Source of the DNA: an uncultured virus (IMG/VR IMGVR_UViG_3300045911_000603)
Taxonomy: Duplodnaviria > Heunggongvirae > Uroviricota > Caudoviricetes
Virus record (IMG/VR): IMGVR_UViG_3300045911_000603
Length of the DNA: 64,000 nucleotides
Reading direction: 5' to 3' (one strand)
Below are positions 1-9,048 of the stretch, in pieces (the stretch's first letter is position 1; every line of letters starts with the position of its first letter). The position numbers were made by a program, and so were the translations under genes. The notes beneath the pieces were generated by a model. That model saw nothing but the letters and a program-made list of their open reading frames with translations, did not search any database and was not told where the DNA came from.

Positions 1-2526
1 ATGGCCCCGGTCGGGCAGAACTCCTGCTTCCACGAAGCCGGAAAGCACGGTGCGGCTTCCATCGGGCAGGAAGGTGGGATAGACCACCCTCCCGTTGCGG
101 CGGATCATGAACTCGCCATTGTGCTGCCAGCCATTCCCATCCGATAACTCCACCGGCACTCTGGCGGGTCCAAGGTAGGGGTTGGCTCTCCCGAAGCGGA
201 GAGGGCGCAGGGTGCTGGTGAACTCGATGGGTTCGGGGTTGGTTTCCTGGTCCAAAGGCGTGAGTGTGAGCGTGAACACATTCTCACCGTTGAGGCTTTC
301 CAAGCGTCCGACTATTTTCCGGCCCAAGAGGCGATTGGTCACGGCGAAGGTTCGTCCGGCATACCCATCCCCATGATGGTTGGGGAACAGTTTGCCGCGC
401 AGGGCAATCGGCTGGCCCGCCACCCACACCCTGACCGTGTAGGGGATCACTTCCACCAACCCGAGCGTCGGTTGGAAGAATGGTCTTGGCACAATCCCCA
501 CTTCCTTGGTGGCTTGGCCCATCTGCAAGCGCACGATGCCGCTCTCGAAGGTTCCGTAGTATGCCCCAGGAGCGGGAGCATCCCCTGTTTCCCAGGCTTC
601 TCCGGTGGAGGTCCAAGGCAGCGGATCGAACTGCGGTGCGCCTTCCTGCCAGTTCGCGGCGACGGCGGGAGCATCCTCTGGCGGGGTGGCAGGAGAGGAG
701 ATTTCCAACTCGTAGCGTCCTCGACTCCCGTATGCGGTGTATCCTACGGCCCGATAGTAGGGATCAGGAGTTGCATTGCCGTAAATGTCGAACTTCATTC
801 TTGGAATCAGTGTCCATTCGGTAGGGTTTCCGCGTCCGGTCGGGGTGATGTGAACCACATAGGAGCGGCCTGCTTCCACCGCGACGGTGCGCTTCCAACC
901 GGGGAAGTCGTCAATGACCAGATGGGAGCCGGTTTCCTCGTCCTCGATCTTGACCACAAAATCCAACATGCGCCGATCATAGGATGCCGTGCGCTTGTTT
1001 GCGCGGTAATCCCGAAAGAAGAGCATGCGCTGTGGGTTGGCGAAGATGGTGAGTTGATTGGTCTGCGGGATGACGCGGAAGGAATCTTTCTGCTGCCAGG
1101 CCAGCAGTCCTTCCACCCGAACTGGTTCCGCGCCAACTGCTCCCATTTCCATGATGCCTGCTTCGTCATACTCGCCTTCCAACGTCACTCTGGCGCGTCC
1201 GGCAAGATACGCGATGGCGGCTATGTCGTCGTCGAAATTGTCGATTTGAATGGTTCTGCTTCTCGTATCGGTCTGCACTGCGCCCTTGAATTCCCCGCGG
1301 CTCCATTGAACGATCACATTGCTTCCCCCTAATCCTCCCATGATCGGCGACCATGTTTTGGGTCGAGGAACGCCAGAGCCAGAGGAAGGCAATGATCCCG
1401 GCCAATCCAAGTCAATCAGGAAGCTATTGGCATACAGATTAATTCCTGCAAAGTCTTCGCTGGCCAGGGAGCGGGTCATTTCACTGTCATGTTGCAACCC
1501 AAAGGTGTGCCCAATTTCATGGACAACCGTTTTTGCCACACTATCTGGTGATCGGATAAGCGTATTGGCAGATCCCAAAATAGTGCCTTCCACAAAGGCA
1601 AAGGCTGGCATGAGATATGCCGCTTTCTCGTCTGTTGATTCCCACAGAGCCGCCATTGCAGCAAATCCTCCAACCGGTGTGCCCGACAAATGGACTCCGT
1701 TCACATCATAGCGTCTGGCAATCAGCACATGGAGACTTTTGCGGCCAAAGGCGGGAGGACGTTCCGTGGTAACATTGATACTAAAGGGACTAAAATACTC
1801 CGAGACGGAAGCCCACACATCATAGATGTATTGGAGTTCATCGGCGTTAAATTCCTCCCGATTGGCATCAATCGAAAATCGTTGCGGTCGCACCACCGCC
1901 CGCTTCCAAAGATTGTCATTCCAAACGGTATTGCGGATTTCCCCTCCAGTAAAATCCAAGTAAATGGTGAACCCTGCGGCAGGGTTGCTATGCAAAACAG
2001 GAACCTCGGAGCTGACGGTTTCCGGGGTCAGATCAGGCATGGAGTAAAATTCTTCCTCCAACTCCCATCCCGGAAAATTGTTGCTGAATTGCACTTCTTC
2101 ACTCTTGGCCATGATTTGTGCCAGCGCAGGCGGATTGTGCTGGCTGTAAGGCACAAACGGTTCCCCGGGGCCGAGATCACAGGAATACATCAACCATCCA
2201 TCGCCCAGGATGCGCAAGCCCCAGCGGGATTCCGGGGCAATGGCCGCCACCCGTTCCAGGGCTTCGACTGCCTGCGACGGCGATGCTTCCGTTGCCACTT
2301 GCACGAGATCCTGACGCAAACGGACAGAAAGCCCTTCCCAAGCCGGATGATCGACGAGAAGCGAGAGGCTGGCCTGCGCGTCCGTCCCCTCCCCCCAGGG
2401 TTCTTGGGGATGGTTTTCGAGCAAAGAGGTGCCTCCAAAGACCATTCCCACCAAAGCACAAGGAATCAGCCATCCCGTCCGGCTGCGTGGCTTGTCGGTG
2501 CGCTTGTTGGTGCGAATCGTGTTCAT
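1..2526 (-). CDS. Secreted metzincin zinc metalloprotease (partial, runs off the left edge; absent from the ORF track)
   Basis: Translated by hand from ATG at 2526 (MNTIRTNKRTDKPRSRTGWLIPCALVGMVFGG, basic plus hydrophobic N-terminus). HEIGHTFGLQH (HExxHxxGxxH) at 1489-1521, followed by a Met-turn-like WSPIMG. No stop codon found down to base 1. The long + ORFs 373-1332 and 1690-2655 are its antisense shadows. Confidence 0.85.
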   Translation of the reverse strand, partial: MNTIRTNKRTDKPRSRTGWLIPCALVGMVFGGTSLLENHPQEPWGEGTDAQASLSLLVDHPAWEGLSVRLRQDLVQVATEASPSQAVEALERVAAIAPESRWGLRILGDGWLMYSCDLGPGEPFVPYSQHNPPALAQIMAKSEEVQFSNNFPGWELEEEFYSMPDLTPETVSSEVPVLHSNPAAGFTIYLDFTGGEIRNTVWNDNLWKRAVVRPQRFSIDANREEFNADELQYIYDVWASVSEYFSPFSINVTTERPPAFGRKSLHVLIARRYDVNGVHLSGTPVGGFAAMAALWESTDEKAAYLMPAFAFVEGTILGSANTLIRSPDSVAKTVVHEIGHTFGLQHDSEMTRSLASEDFAGINLYANSFLIDLDWPGSLPSSGSGVPRPKTWSPIMGGLGGSNVIVQWSRGEFKGAVQTDTRSRTIQIDNFDDDIAAIAYLAGRARVTLEGEYDEAGIMEMGAVGAEPVRVEGLLAWQQKDSFRVIPQTNQLTIFANPQRMLFFRDYRANKRTASYDRRMLDFVVKIEDEETGSHLVIDDFPGWKRTVAVEAGRSYVVHITPTGRGNPTEWTLIPRMKFDIYGNATPDPYYRAVGYTAYGSRGRYELEISSPATPPEDAPAVAANWQEGAPQFDPLPWTSTGEAWETGDAPAPGAYYGTFESGIVRLQMGQATKEVGIVPRPFFQPTLGLVEVIPYTVRVWVAGQPIALRGKLFPNHHGDGYAGRTFAVTNRLLGRKIVGRLESLNGENVFTLTLTPLDQETNPEPIEFTSTLRPLRFGRANPYLGPARVPVELSDGNGWQHNGEFMIRRNGRVVYPTFLPDGSRTVLSGFVEAGVLPDRGH

Positions 2527-2591
2527 AAGAAGATACTACGCACAACTCTCCCGGGCGGGGAAAGGCTTACTCCTTCCCTTGGGGGAAGGCT

Positions 2592-4880
2592 TCAGTTCTG
2601 CGCGGTGATGATATTGCCCTGCACTTGGATGGGACTCAGGATGGGGCCTTCGTAGAGAAACTGCCGACTTCCTGCCAGTCGCCACCCGTAACGGTGCGGA
2701 TTGGGGGAGCGTCCTGCTGGAATCCACATGCCCGAATTGCGGTTGCCAATCGGAGGATTTACTCCATCAAGAGGGAACGGTCCCAAGTCAACGGGGGAGT
2801 ATTGCCAGATTTCCAAAATATGCTCGCCTTGCTCGGTCACCCCTTGGGACACATCAAACTCGAAAATGCGAGGGGCATTCGTCACAGGATCAAAGGCATT
2901 GTAATAATCTTCGGGATTCTCTGCGTTGTTCGGGGAAACGACCCTTGCCTGATTGGTTGCCATATTGCGCACAATGCCCACGATAAACACATTGTCATAG
3001 AATTCCGTCTGATCTTTGCCCACCCGAGCCCGTATAATCGGATCGGTGGTAATCCGGCGGGCGTTGCGTCCCGCCGCCGTGTTAAGCGCGGATGGCATCG
3101 TGCCAAAAGCCGCATTGGTGGTATTGGGATTGAAGGTGTTATTATTGGAATTGAAGGCGTTAATGGTGGTTTGAATGGTTGGTTCTGGAACCACTTCCAG
3201 TTCAATAATGGATCCGCTGAGACTTGCCGTGGACGGATCAGGGGTATTCGTATAATTGCCCGAGGTCCGAATGCCCCGGAAATAAGACCCAAAAAACACC
3301 CTCATTCGATTGCTGTCCCAGAGGCTTTCGGGCAACGCGGGATTATTAGGCAACGCGGTATTATTAGCAAAGGCCGTAGTGACAAATTGCACTGCATACC
3401 CCCCACTGTAACTACCCTGCACGCGAAACCCTGTGCTTGTTTGAGGAGTCTGATTAAAGCGGGGACTCAATGGCGGGAGCAGAGGATCGCCCGAGGATTT
3501 CGTGGTGTTGGGTGCGGAGAAATTCACGCTGATCCCCGTATTGCCTTGCGGGGATAAATTGTTTCCTAGATCGAACCATCTGCGATGCACGGTATTGACA
3601 CTTGGACGTGGATCTGGAATGGCTACCATGACATCATAGTGCGTTTCGCCCGGATCGCCATGCGGAACAACGGTTCCATTCGGTCCCATAAATTGCACGG
3701 CCATCGCACGCAAAATCACCGTTCGTTCATTGCGGGTGCGGTAGAATCCCTCTCTTTCAAAGGCCACAGTATCCACCCAATCCAAATACGGGGGCAGGAC
3801 CGCAGCATAGGGCGTGGCTGTGATGCTGGTAATGAAATCATGCGTGGCCCCGGACGTGGTGCTAAAATCACAAGCCACAGGGAATTCCACCAAACCTACC
3901 CCCGGCATGTCGAAATTTGCTGGACCGGAAGCCAACGAAGGATTGGACGCAAGATTGGCTCCGTAGAGATAATATGTAGTCAGTCCTGACGGATTGACCG
4001 GAGTGGCAATCCGTTCGGAAATCGTGTTGTGCTGCCCAAAGGAAACCGGGCCTCCGCTCCCGAATCCTGTGATTGTTCCCAACGTCCAGGAAGGATGGGT
4101 GCGGTTGAGAAGCACCGTTCCATTGGCAGCGGGCGAACTTGTGGAGATGGTGTGATTCGGATCCAGCGCGCCAGGCCGGGCCACCACCAATGCTCCCAAG
4201 GAACCTTGGGTGGACACATCCAAGGTGACGTTATTGCCCGCTCTTTGAATGGATTTATTCAGAATCAGCGAACCCGAATGCTGGTGATGTATACTATCCG
4301 TTTCGGTCACAATGATAGCATCATTCCATTCGAGGAGGCTTTCTGTATCCCGAGCGGAACTGAATTGATCATACTCCCAAATCACAGGTGTGCCGGTGGC
4401 TCTTCGCACCCACCCCGTCGTTGTAAGCCTGTTGGCGGCCCATTTGTGTGTCGAGGGATTCCATGGGTGCTGAACCAGGCTGCCTCCCGGATCCCGAGAA
4501 TCAACGTTCTGCCGGAAGCGAATCCCTCCACGAAAGGTTCCGTCAACAACACGCGGAGGATTGGCCGTTGGCTCAAACTGACGAATACTTTCCGTCACAC
4601 GATACCAGATGTTGCGCATATTGTTGCGCACCGGTATTGTGTAGCTTTGCGGCACTGCGCGCCAACTTGATGGTTCATGATAGTTCACATTGCCATCTGG
4701 GGCACGGCCCGAAGCACTCCGAGCAATCAGCGTTTGAACTCCCGGCCCCGTCATTAGGAAACCTTCCGACTGCGCCGAGCCGGAGGACGAATTAGCGTAG
4801 AGCGACGGGATTCCGCCGAGGAAACCCGTCGCTAGAATCCAAAGCGCAAAACCCGCTTGATGATGGATTCGCCGCCGCAT
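2592..4880 (-). CDS. Large secreted protein, Asn/Thr/Pro-rich, possible adhesin
   Basis: 762-aa ORF with signal-peptide-like N-terminus (MRRRIHHQAGFALWILATGFLGGIPSLYA); directly downstream of two pilin genes. Confidence 0.65.
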   Translation of the reverse strand: MRRRIHHQAGFALWILATGFLGGIPSLYANSSSGSAQSEGFLMTGPGVQTLIARSASGRAPDGNVNYHEPSSWRAVPQSYTIPVRNNMRNIWYRVTESIRQFEPTANPPRVVDGTFRGGIRFRQNVDSRDPGGSLVQHPWNPSTHKWAANRLTTTGWVRRATGTPVIWEYDQFSSARDTESLLEWNDAIIVTETDSIHHQHSGSLILNKSIQRAGNNVTLDVSTQGSLGALVVARPGALDPNHTISTSSPAANGTVLLNRTHPSWTLGTITGFGSGGPVSFGQHNTISERIATPVNPSGLTTYYLYGANLASNPSLASGPANFDMPGVGLVEFPVACDFSTTSGATHDFITSITATPYAAVLPPYLDWVDTVAFEREGFYRTRNERTVILRAMAVQFMGPNGTVVPHGDPGETHYDVMVAIPDPRPSVNTVHRRWFDLGNNLSPQGNTGISVNFSAPNTTKSSGDPLLPPLSPRFNQTPQTSTGFRVQGSYSGGYAVQFVTTAFANNTALPNNPALPESLWDSNRMRVFFGSYFRGIRTSGNYTNTPDPSTASLSGSIIELEVVPEPTIQTTINAFNSNNNTFNPNTTNAAFGTMPSALNTAAGRNARRITTDPIIRARVGKDQTEFYDNVFIVGIVRNMATNQARVVSPNNAENPEDYYNAFDPVTNAPRIFEFDVSQGVTEQGEHILEIWQYSPVDLGPFPLDGVNPPIGNRNSGMWIPAGRSPNPHRYGWRLAGSRQFLYEGPILSPIQVQGNIITAQN

Positions 4881-4895
4881 TTGTTCAGAGAGGTT

Positions 4896-5291
4896 CTACC
4901 ATCCAGTGGTGTTTGCAGGAGCGTGGCCTTGCGCGGCGAGCGAGCAGGTGGTGTAGGCCGTGCCCACGGGGGGGACCGTGGTGCCGAAGGTGTAAGCCCC
5001 CCCTCCCGGGCAGGTTGGAACCGCAGGCAGCATACCGGCGGGGCCGATGAGACGGGCTTCTCCGGTGGTCAGCCCTGCGCCGATGTTGAGTCCATACATG
5101 GAGGCGTAGCTGCGCACGGCTTTCTGCATGTTGCTGATGTTCATCACGCAGTTGGCCCGGTTGACCCCGCGCAGATAGCCCTGCACGCCGACAAAGAGAA
5201 CCGCAATCAATGCCAGCAAGATGGCAATGACGGCAGCAATTTCAATCAGGGTGTAGCCTGATTTGTTTCGTGGCGTGGTGGTTAGTTTCAT
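4896..5291 (-). CDS. Type IV pilin (copy 2)
   Basis: Class III signal G|YTLIEIAAVIAILLALIAVLF; Cys residues in the globular domain. Confidence 0.9.
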   Translation of the reverse strand: MKLTTTPRNKSGYTLIEIAAVIAILLALIAVLFVGVQGYLRGVNRANCVMNISNMQKAVRSYASMYGLNIGAGLTTGEARLIGPAGMLPAVPTCPGGGAYTFGTTVPPVGTAYTTCSLAAQGHAPANTTGW

Positions 5292-5316
5292 AGTAGTGAA
5301 GGCATGATGTATGACG

Positions 5317-5715
5317 TTACCATCCAGTGGTGTTTGCAGGAGCGTGGCCCTCTCCGGCGAGCGAGCAGGTGGTGTAGGCCGTGCCCACGGGGGGGACCGT
5401 GGTGCCGAAGGTGTAAGCCCCCCCTCCCGGGCAGGTTGGAACCGCAGGCAGCATACCGGCGGGGCCGATGAGACGGGCTTCTCCGGTGGTCAGCCCTGCG
5501 CCGATGTTGAGTCCATACATGGAGGCGTAGCTGCGCACGGCTTTCTGCATGTTGCTGATGTTCATCACGCAGTTGGCCCGGTTGACCCCGCGCAGATAGC
5601 CCTGCACGCCGACAAAGAGAACCGCAATCAATGCCAGCAAGATGGCGATGACGGCAGCAATTTCAATCAGGGTGTAGCCTGATTTGTTTCGTGGTGTGGT
5701 GGTGGTTAGTTTCAT
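5317..5715 (-). CDS. Type IV pilin (copy 1)
   Basis: Near-identical to 4896-5291; start reassigned to ATG at 5715 (MKLTTTTPRNKSGYTLIE). Confidence 0.9.
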   Translation of the reverse strand: MKLTTTTPRNKSGYTLIEIAAVIAILLALIAVLFVGVQGYLRGVNRANCVMNISNMQKAVRSYASMYGLNIGAGLTTGEARLIGPAGMLPAVPTCPGGGAYTFGTTVPPVGTAYTTCSLAGEGHAPANTTGW

Positions 5716-5767
5716 AGTAGTGGTGGTTGTTGGTTGTTGGGTGGATGATTTTTGCTTTAAGGTAATC

Positions 5768-6115
5768 TCAGGCAGCTTGGGCGGCGAAATAGCGGGATAA
5801 AAAATCAGGAATCGCCTCATCGAGGAACTCCGCTTCCTCCTCGCTTTCGGTCGCATCTTCCGGCGTGATTTGAGGCATGGAGTTTTTGAGGGATCGGCGC
5901 ACAAAATCGTGCAGGGCGAGCACGCTATTGACAGGGAGAGAGTGATTGCGGGAAGTCCCCGCCTTTTCGTATTGGTCGTAAGCGTCCGTGATTCGGGCGG
6001 CCAACAGATCCCGGTCGGCCTCCGTTTGCATCCAGAAAAGCGTCAGGTATGCCGGATTGGTTTTGCGCAATTCCGTCATGTAAGCCTCGGCAAAAATGTC
6101 AATTCCGTAAATCAC
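5768..6115 (-). CDS. Hypothetical acidic protein
   Basis: 115-aa ORF co-oriented with neighbours, natural composition. Confidence 0.6.
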   Translation of the reverse strand: MIYGIDIFAEAYMTELRKTNPAYLTLFWMQTEADRDLLAARITDAYDQYEKAGTSRNHSLPVNSVLALHDFVRRSLKNSMPQITPEDATESEEEAEFLDEAIPDFLSRYFAAQAA

Positions 6116-6262
6116 ACTTGCGGCAAGGCTACTGGTTTTAATTAACTTGTCAAGTTGCCAAAACGATCAAAAAATCTGCTTAAAAATGCCCTGTTTTTGC
6201 ATCCTGTTCGGATGGTCCCCGAGAGGTTTGGGCGACAATCTGCTTATAGCAAGAGTCCTCGC

Positions 6263-7183
6263 TCAAACACCGCAAATGCCAGCGCACTCATTTTGCATCG
6301 TGTTCCATTGTGGCATGCCGGGATCTTCCTTCTCGTCGAGATTGACTTGATCCAAGGGGATGCGGGCGGGATGCAGGAAGGGAATACCTCGCATATTGTC
6401 CGAATGGCGTTTGACAGCCTGGAGATCGCGCTCAAATTGCACCGCCTTGGCAAACTCGGCTGGTTCCTGATCGCGGAGCCTGCGCCACTCCTTATTCGAG
6501 TGGTATGGGCAATACACGCAAGCCGAGCGGGGTGGTTCCGGGTATCCGCGTTTTGCCATCCAGTTCAGGCAGTCTTGCCGGGACATGCCTATGTCAATGA
6601 GTGGGTAACGATGCCTCACCCACGGCTCCCGACTCTGCTTCATGCGCCCCACTTCATCGAGCGAGATCCCAATCCATGTGGTTACGGTGCAGACCTTCTG
6701 GCCCCGCTTGACTGCGGCCAGGCGGCGTTGCGCTTTGCGCAGGATGTCGATTTTGTAGTCGTGGGTGCAGGCCCGTTGCATGTGGCCCTTTTTGCCATCT
6801 GGCTCCAAGGTGAACACGGGCAGCAGACTTTTGCTCCACGGTTTGCCGACCGATTTGACCCGTTCGCGGAGGCGGAGGGCTTCTGCCGTCATGTCGCCCT
6901 TGGTGATGCGAAACACCGGAAAGGGTAATTGGGTTTCGAGCCAGTCGAGCCAGCGATATACGCTTTGCGGTTCCGCTTGCGTGTCGGCAAAGATCGCCGC
7001 ATCAGGCATGGGAGAGACTTCTCCCCGCGCCGCCATAAGCGCGAGCGTCGAGGACTGCACCCCTGCGCCCAGGCTCAGAAAGTGCCAATGATCCTTGCCT
7101 GGCGTGATTGGTTCGAGGTCCGAGAAGAATTTTAGACCGGATTGTTCCCGCCCTTTAAGTCCTTCTCGGCTAGGGGCTTTTTT
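6263..7183 (-). CDS. PAPS-reductase-like (PP-loop, Cys-rich) protein of the phage/plasmid type; probably reached by a -1 frameshift from the upstream gene
   Basis: LSLGAGVQSS PP-loop-like motif, AIFADTQAEP, SACVYCPYH, terminal ECAGICGV. No ATG/GTG/TTG in frame between the track's start at 7285 and the PP-loop. Confidence 0.75.
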   Translation of the reverse strand, partial: KKAPSREGLKGREQSGLKFFSDLEPITPGKDHWHFLSLGAGVQSSTLALMAARGEVSPMPDAAIFADTQAEPQSVYRWLDWLETQLPFPVFRITKGDMTAEALRLRERVKSVGKPWSKSLLPVFTLEPDGKKGHMQRACTHDYKIDILRKAQRRLAAVKRGQKVCTVTTWIGISLDEVGRMKQSREPWVRHRYPLIDIGMSRQDCLNWMAKRGYPEPPRSACVYCPYHSNKEWRRLRDQEPAEFAKAVQFERDLQAVKRHSDNMRGIPFLHPARIPLDQVNLDEKEDPGMPQWNTMQNECAGICGV

Positions 7184-7200
7184 TCCGCAGATTCCCCCTT
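7120..7200 (-). other. Candidate programmed -1 ribosomal frameshift signal
   Basis: SD-like AAGGGGG, 10 nt, A_AAA_AAG (7183-7177) in frame, 7-nt spacer, then stem CCGAGAAGGA / TTCTTCTCGG. Confidence 0.7.
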
Positions 7201-7668
7201 GGCAGTGTTGATGCGGAAAAAGGTGTTGCGCCCTTGGACAATGCGCTCGAATCCGGGCGTTTCTGGTCCGACTTTGTGGACCCAATTTCGGACCTGCGCG
7301 GTGCTGCGCTGCACGATTTCCGCAAGCTGATTGACGCTAAGACCGCCTTGGGGAGCGGCTTTGAGCGCATTGAGCATCGAGGACGTGAAATCCCCCCTTT
7401 TCGTTTTGCCATCATGGAGGATGGCCGGAGGCACGGGCTTGATCTCTGGACGGACGGGCTGCTTGGCGGGTTGCGCAACCACAGGGCTGGCTTTCTCGCC
7501 GGTTGTGCGCGGCGAGGCAGTTGGGCCCGTTGCGTCTCCATTACGGAGATTGATGCTCTGCACGAAGGCATTGATGCGGCTTTCCAGGCTTTCCCGCTCG
7601 GCCACCAGTTTGGTGAGGGCGGCAAGGTCTTGTGAGGACAGTTTCGTTAGGTCGATTTGTGGGATCAT
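7132..7668 (-). CDS. Nucleoid-associated-type DNA-binding protein (coiled coil, Pro/Ala linker, C-terminal winged HTH)
   Basis: N-terminal helix LAALTKLVAERESLESRI; C-terminal MLNALKAAPQGGLSVNQLAEIVQRSTAQVRNW HTH-like. Confidence 0.65.
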   Translation of the reverse strand: MIPQIDLTKLSSQDLAALTKLVAERESLESRINAFVQSINLRNGDATGPTASPRTTGEKASPVVAQPAKQPVRPEIKPVPPAILHDGKTKRGDFTSSMLNALKAAPQGGLSVNQLAEIVQRSTAQVRNWVHKVGPETPGFERIVQGRNTFFRINTAKGESAEKKPLAEKDLKGGNNPV

Positions 7669-7674
7669 GGTTTA

Positions 7675-7887
7675 TTATACGCAGGGGGTTGGGGTTGGTT
7701 TTGAGGGGGATGGTTGCATATCTTGCTGGCCTTGCAAACGCCCTTGCAGGATGGCTTCCGCGAGGGCCGTAATGACGACGGTTTCCAGATCGGTTTTCTC
7801 CATTTTGGCGTCCATGTAATACTCCACGGCAGCAGCAATCCGACGACTCTCCTCCTCGATTAGATGGTGCGTTGTCATGGTTCGCAT
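7675..7887 (-). CDS. Small hypothetical protein
   Basis: Co-oriented and tightly packed within the operon. Confidence 0.5.
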   Translation of the reverse strand: MRTMTTHHLIEEESRRIAAAVEYYMDAKMEKTDLETVVITALAEAILQGRLQGQQDMQPSPSKPTPTPCV

Positions 7888-7920
7888 GGGCCTTACTCCA
7901 TTGATGAAGGATACGCGCAG

Positions 7921-8613
7921 TCAACGTGGTTGCAAAATCTCATCGGCTTGGATGCGCTCCTCCTCAGTTAAGCCATCCATTCCCGCAGGGATTTGTCCTG
8001 GCGCGGGGGAGCTTGGCACGGCGGGCACAGGCGACGGATTGGCCGATGCCTGCCTCAACCGAACAATTTCCGCGTTCATTTCCTCCTGCTTGGCTTGGAG
8101 AGCTTGCAATTCCTTGTTGAGAGCAGCCATCTCCTGCGACTCCGCGCCCATCCCTTGCTCGCGCAGACGGGTTTGGGTTCTCTCCACGTCCACGATTTGT
8201 CGTCCGAGGGCTTGCACGGTGGATTGCAGCCGCTTCTGCTCCTGTTCCACACGTCGCATGCGCGTGGCGGCCGTGGCGGCATCGGCGCGGGCGGCCGTGC
8301 TTGCTGCATCCATCGGGCTTTGCGTCACCGTGTTGCCGACAAGCACCTGCTGGGAGGCATTGCTGGCCAGTCTCCATCGAGCATCCTGCTCCACGCGATA
8401 GACTACGCTGCGCTCGTGCATTACTCTAGGGTTGGCTGGATCGACATACCGATTGACCGGGTAGGCTTTGACGGTTTCGCCCACCCGCACGTTGGCTTGT
8501 GATTCCAGAGGAATGGTCGGAGGAGGAGCGATCACTCGGGATGGTGGAGAAGCGCATCCGGCCAACAGCACGGCCATGGATATGCCAGCAAGGAGGTTGG
8601 TTGGTTTGTGCAT
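7921..8613 (-). CDS. Conjugation-associated lipoprotein with coiled coil
   Basis: Lipobox LAG|C; lies downstream of virB10; C-terminal heptad-rich region. Confidence 0.65.
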   Translation of the reverse strand: MHKPTNLLAGISMAVLLAGCASPPSRVIAPPPTIPLESQANVRVGETVKAYPVNRYVDPANPRVMHERSVVYRVEQDARWRLASNASQQVLVGNTVTQSPMDAASTAARADAATAATRMRRVEQEQKRLQSTVQALGRQIVDVERTQTRLREQGMGAESQEMAALNKELQALQAKQEEMNAEIVRLRQASANPSPVPAVPSSPAPGQIPAGMDGLTEEERIQADEILQPR

Positions 8614-8649
8614 AGATCGGTGTGTTAGGGTGGAATGGAGCAGTTCGTG

Positions 8650-9045
8650 TTACCAGCCGGTGGTGTCAGGAGGGTTGTGTCTGGCCCCTGCCCCGCAACT
8701 GATGACGTAGGCAGTTCCCCAATCGGGGACGGTTGTGGCAAAGGTGTATGCCCCAAATTCCGGACATGCAGGCATTTCCGGAAACATGCCATCGGTTCCG
8801 ATGAGTCGAGCATCGGTGGGGTTCAAAGGTGCGCCAATGGGTAATCCATACATGCTGGCCACCGAACGGACACTTTTCTGGATCGTGCTGCGATTGAGAA
8901 TACATTGCGTTCGATTCACGCCCGCTCGGTAGCCTGTGGCGACCACGAAAAAGACGCCCAGCATCATGAGGAAGATGCCAATGGCTACAGAGACCTCGAT
9001 CAAGGTGTAGCCTGCTTGGTGAATATGTCGTGCGGAAAACTTCAC
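8650..9045 (-). CDS. Type IV pilin (divergent third paralog)
   Basis: G|YTLIEVSVAIGIFLMML; aligns along its length with the duplicated pilins (GVNR..C..N...QK.VRS.ASMYGL, CP..GAYTF.TTVP, TTGW end). Confidence 0.9.
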   Translation of the reverse strand: MKFSARHIHQAGYTLIEVSVAIGIFLMMLGVFFVVATGYRAGVNRTQCILNRSTIQKSVRSVASMYGLPIGAPLNPTDARLIGTDGMFPEMPACPEFGAYTFATTVPDWGTAYVISCGAGARHNPPDTTGW

Positions 9046-9048
9046 AAC

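Larger units (their letters stand above)
4896..5715. repeat. Tandem direct duplication of a ~400-bp pilin gene
   Basis: Copies differ by one extra Thr codon in the leader, AQ vs GE near the C-terminus, and a few silent changes. Confidence 0.95.

Noticed and set aside
373..2655. Long + strand ORFs 373-1332 and 1690-2655
   Set aside because: Same-frame antisense shadows of the minus-strand metalloprotease
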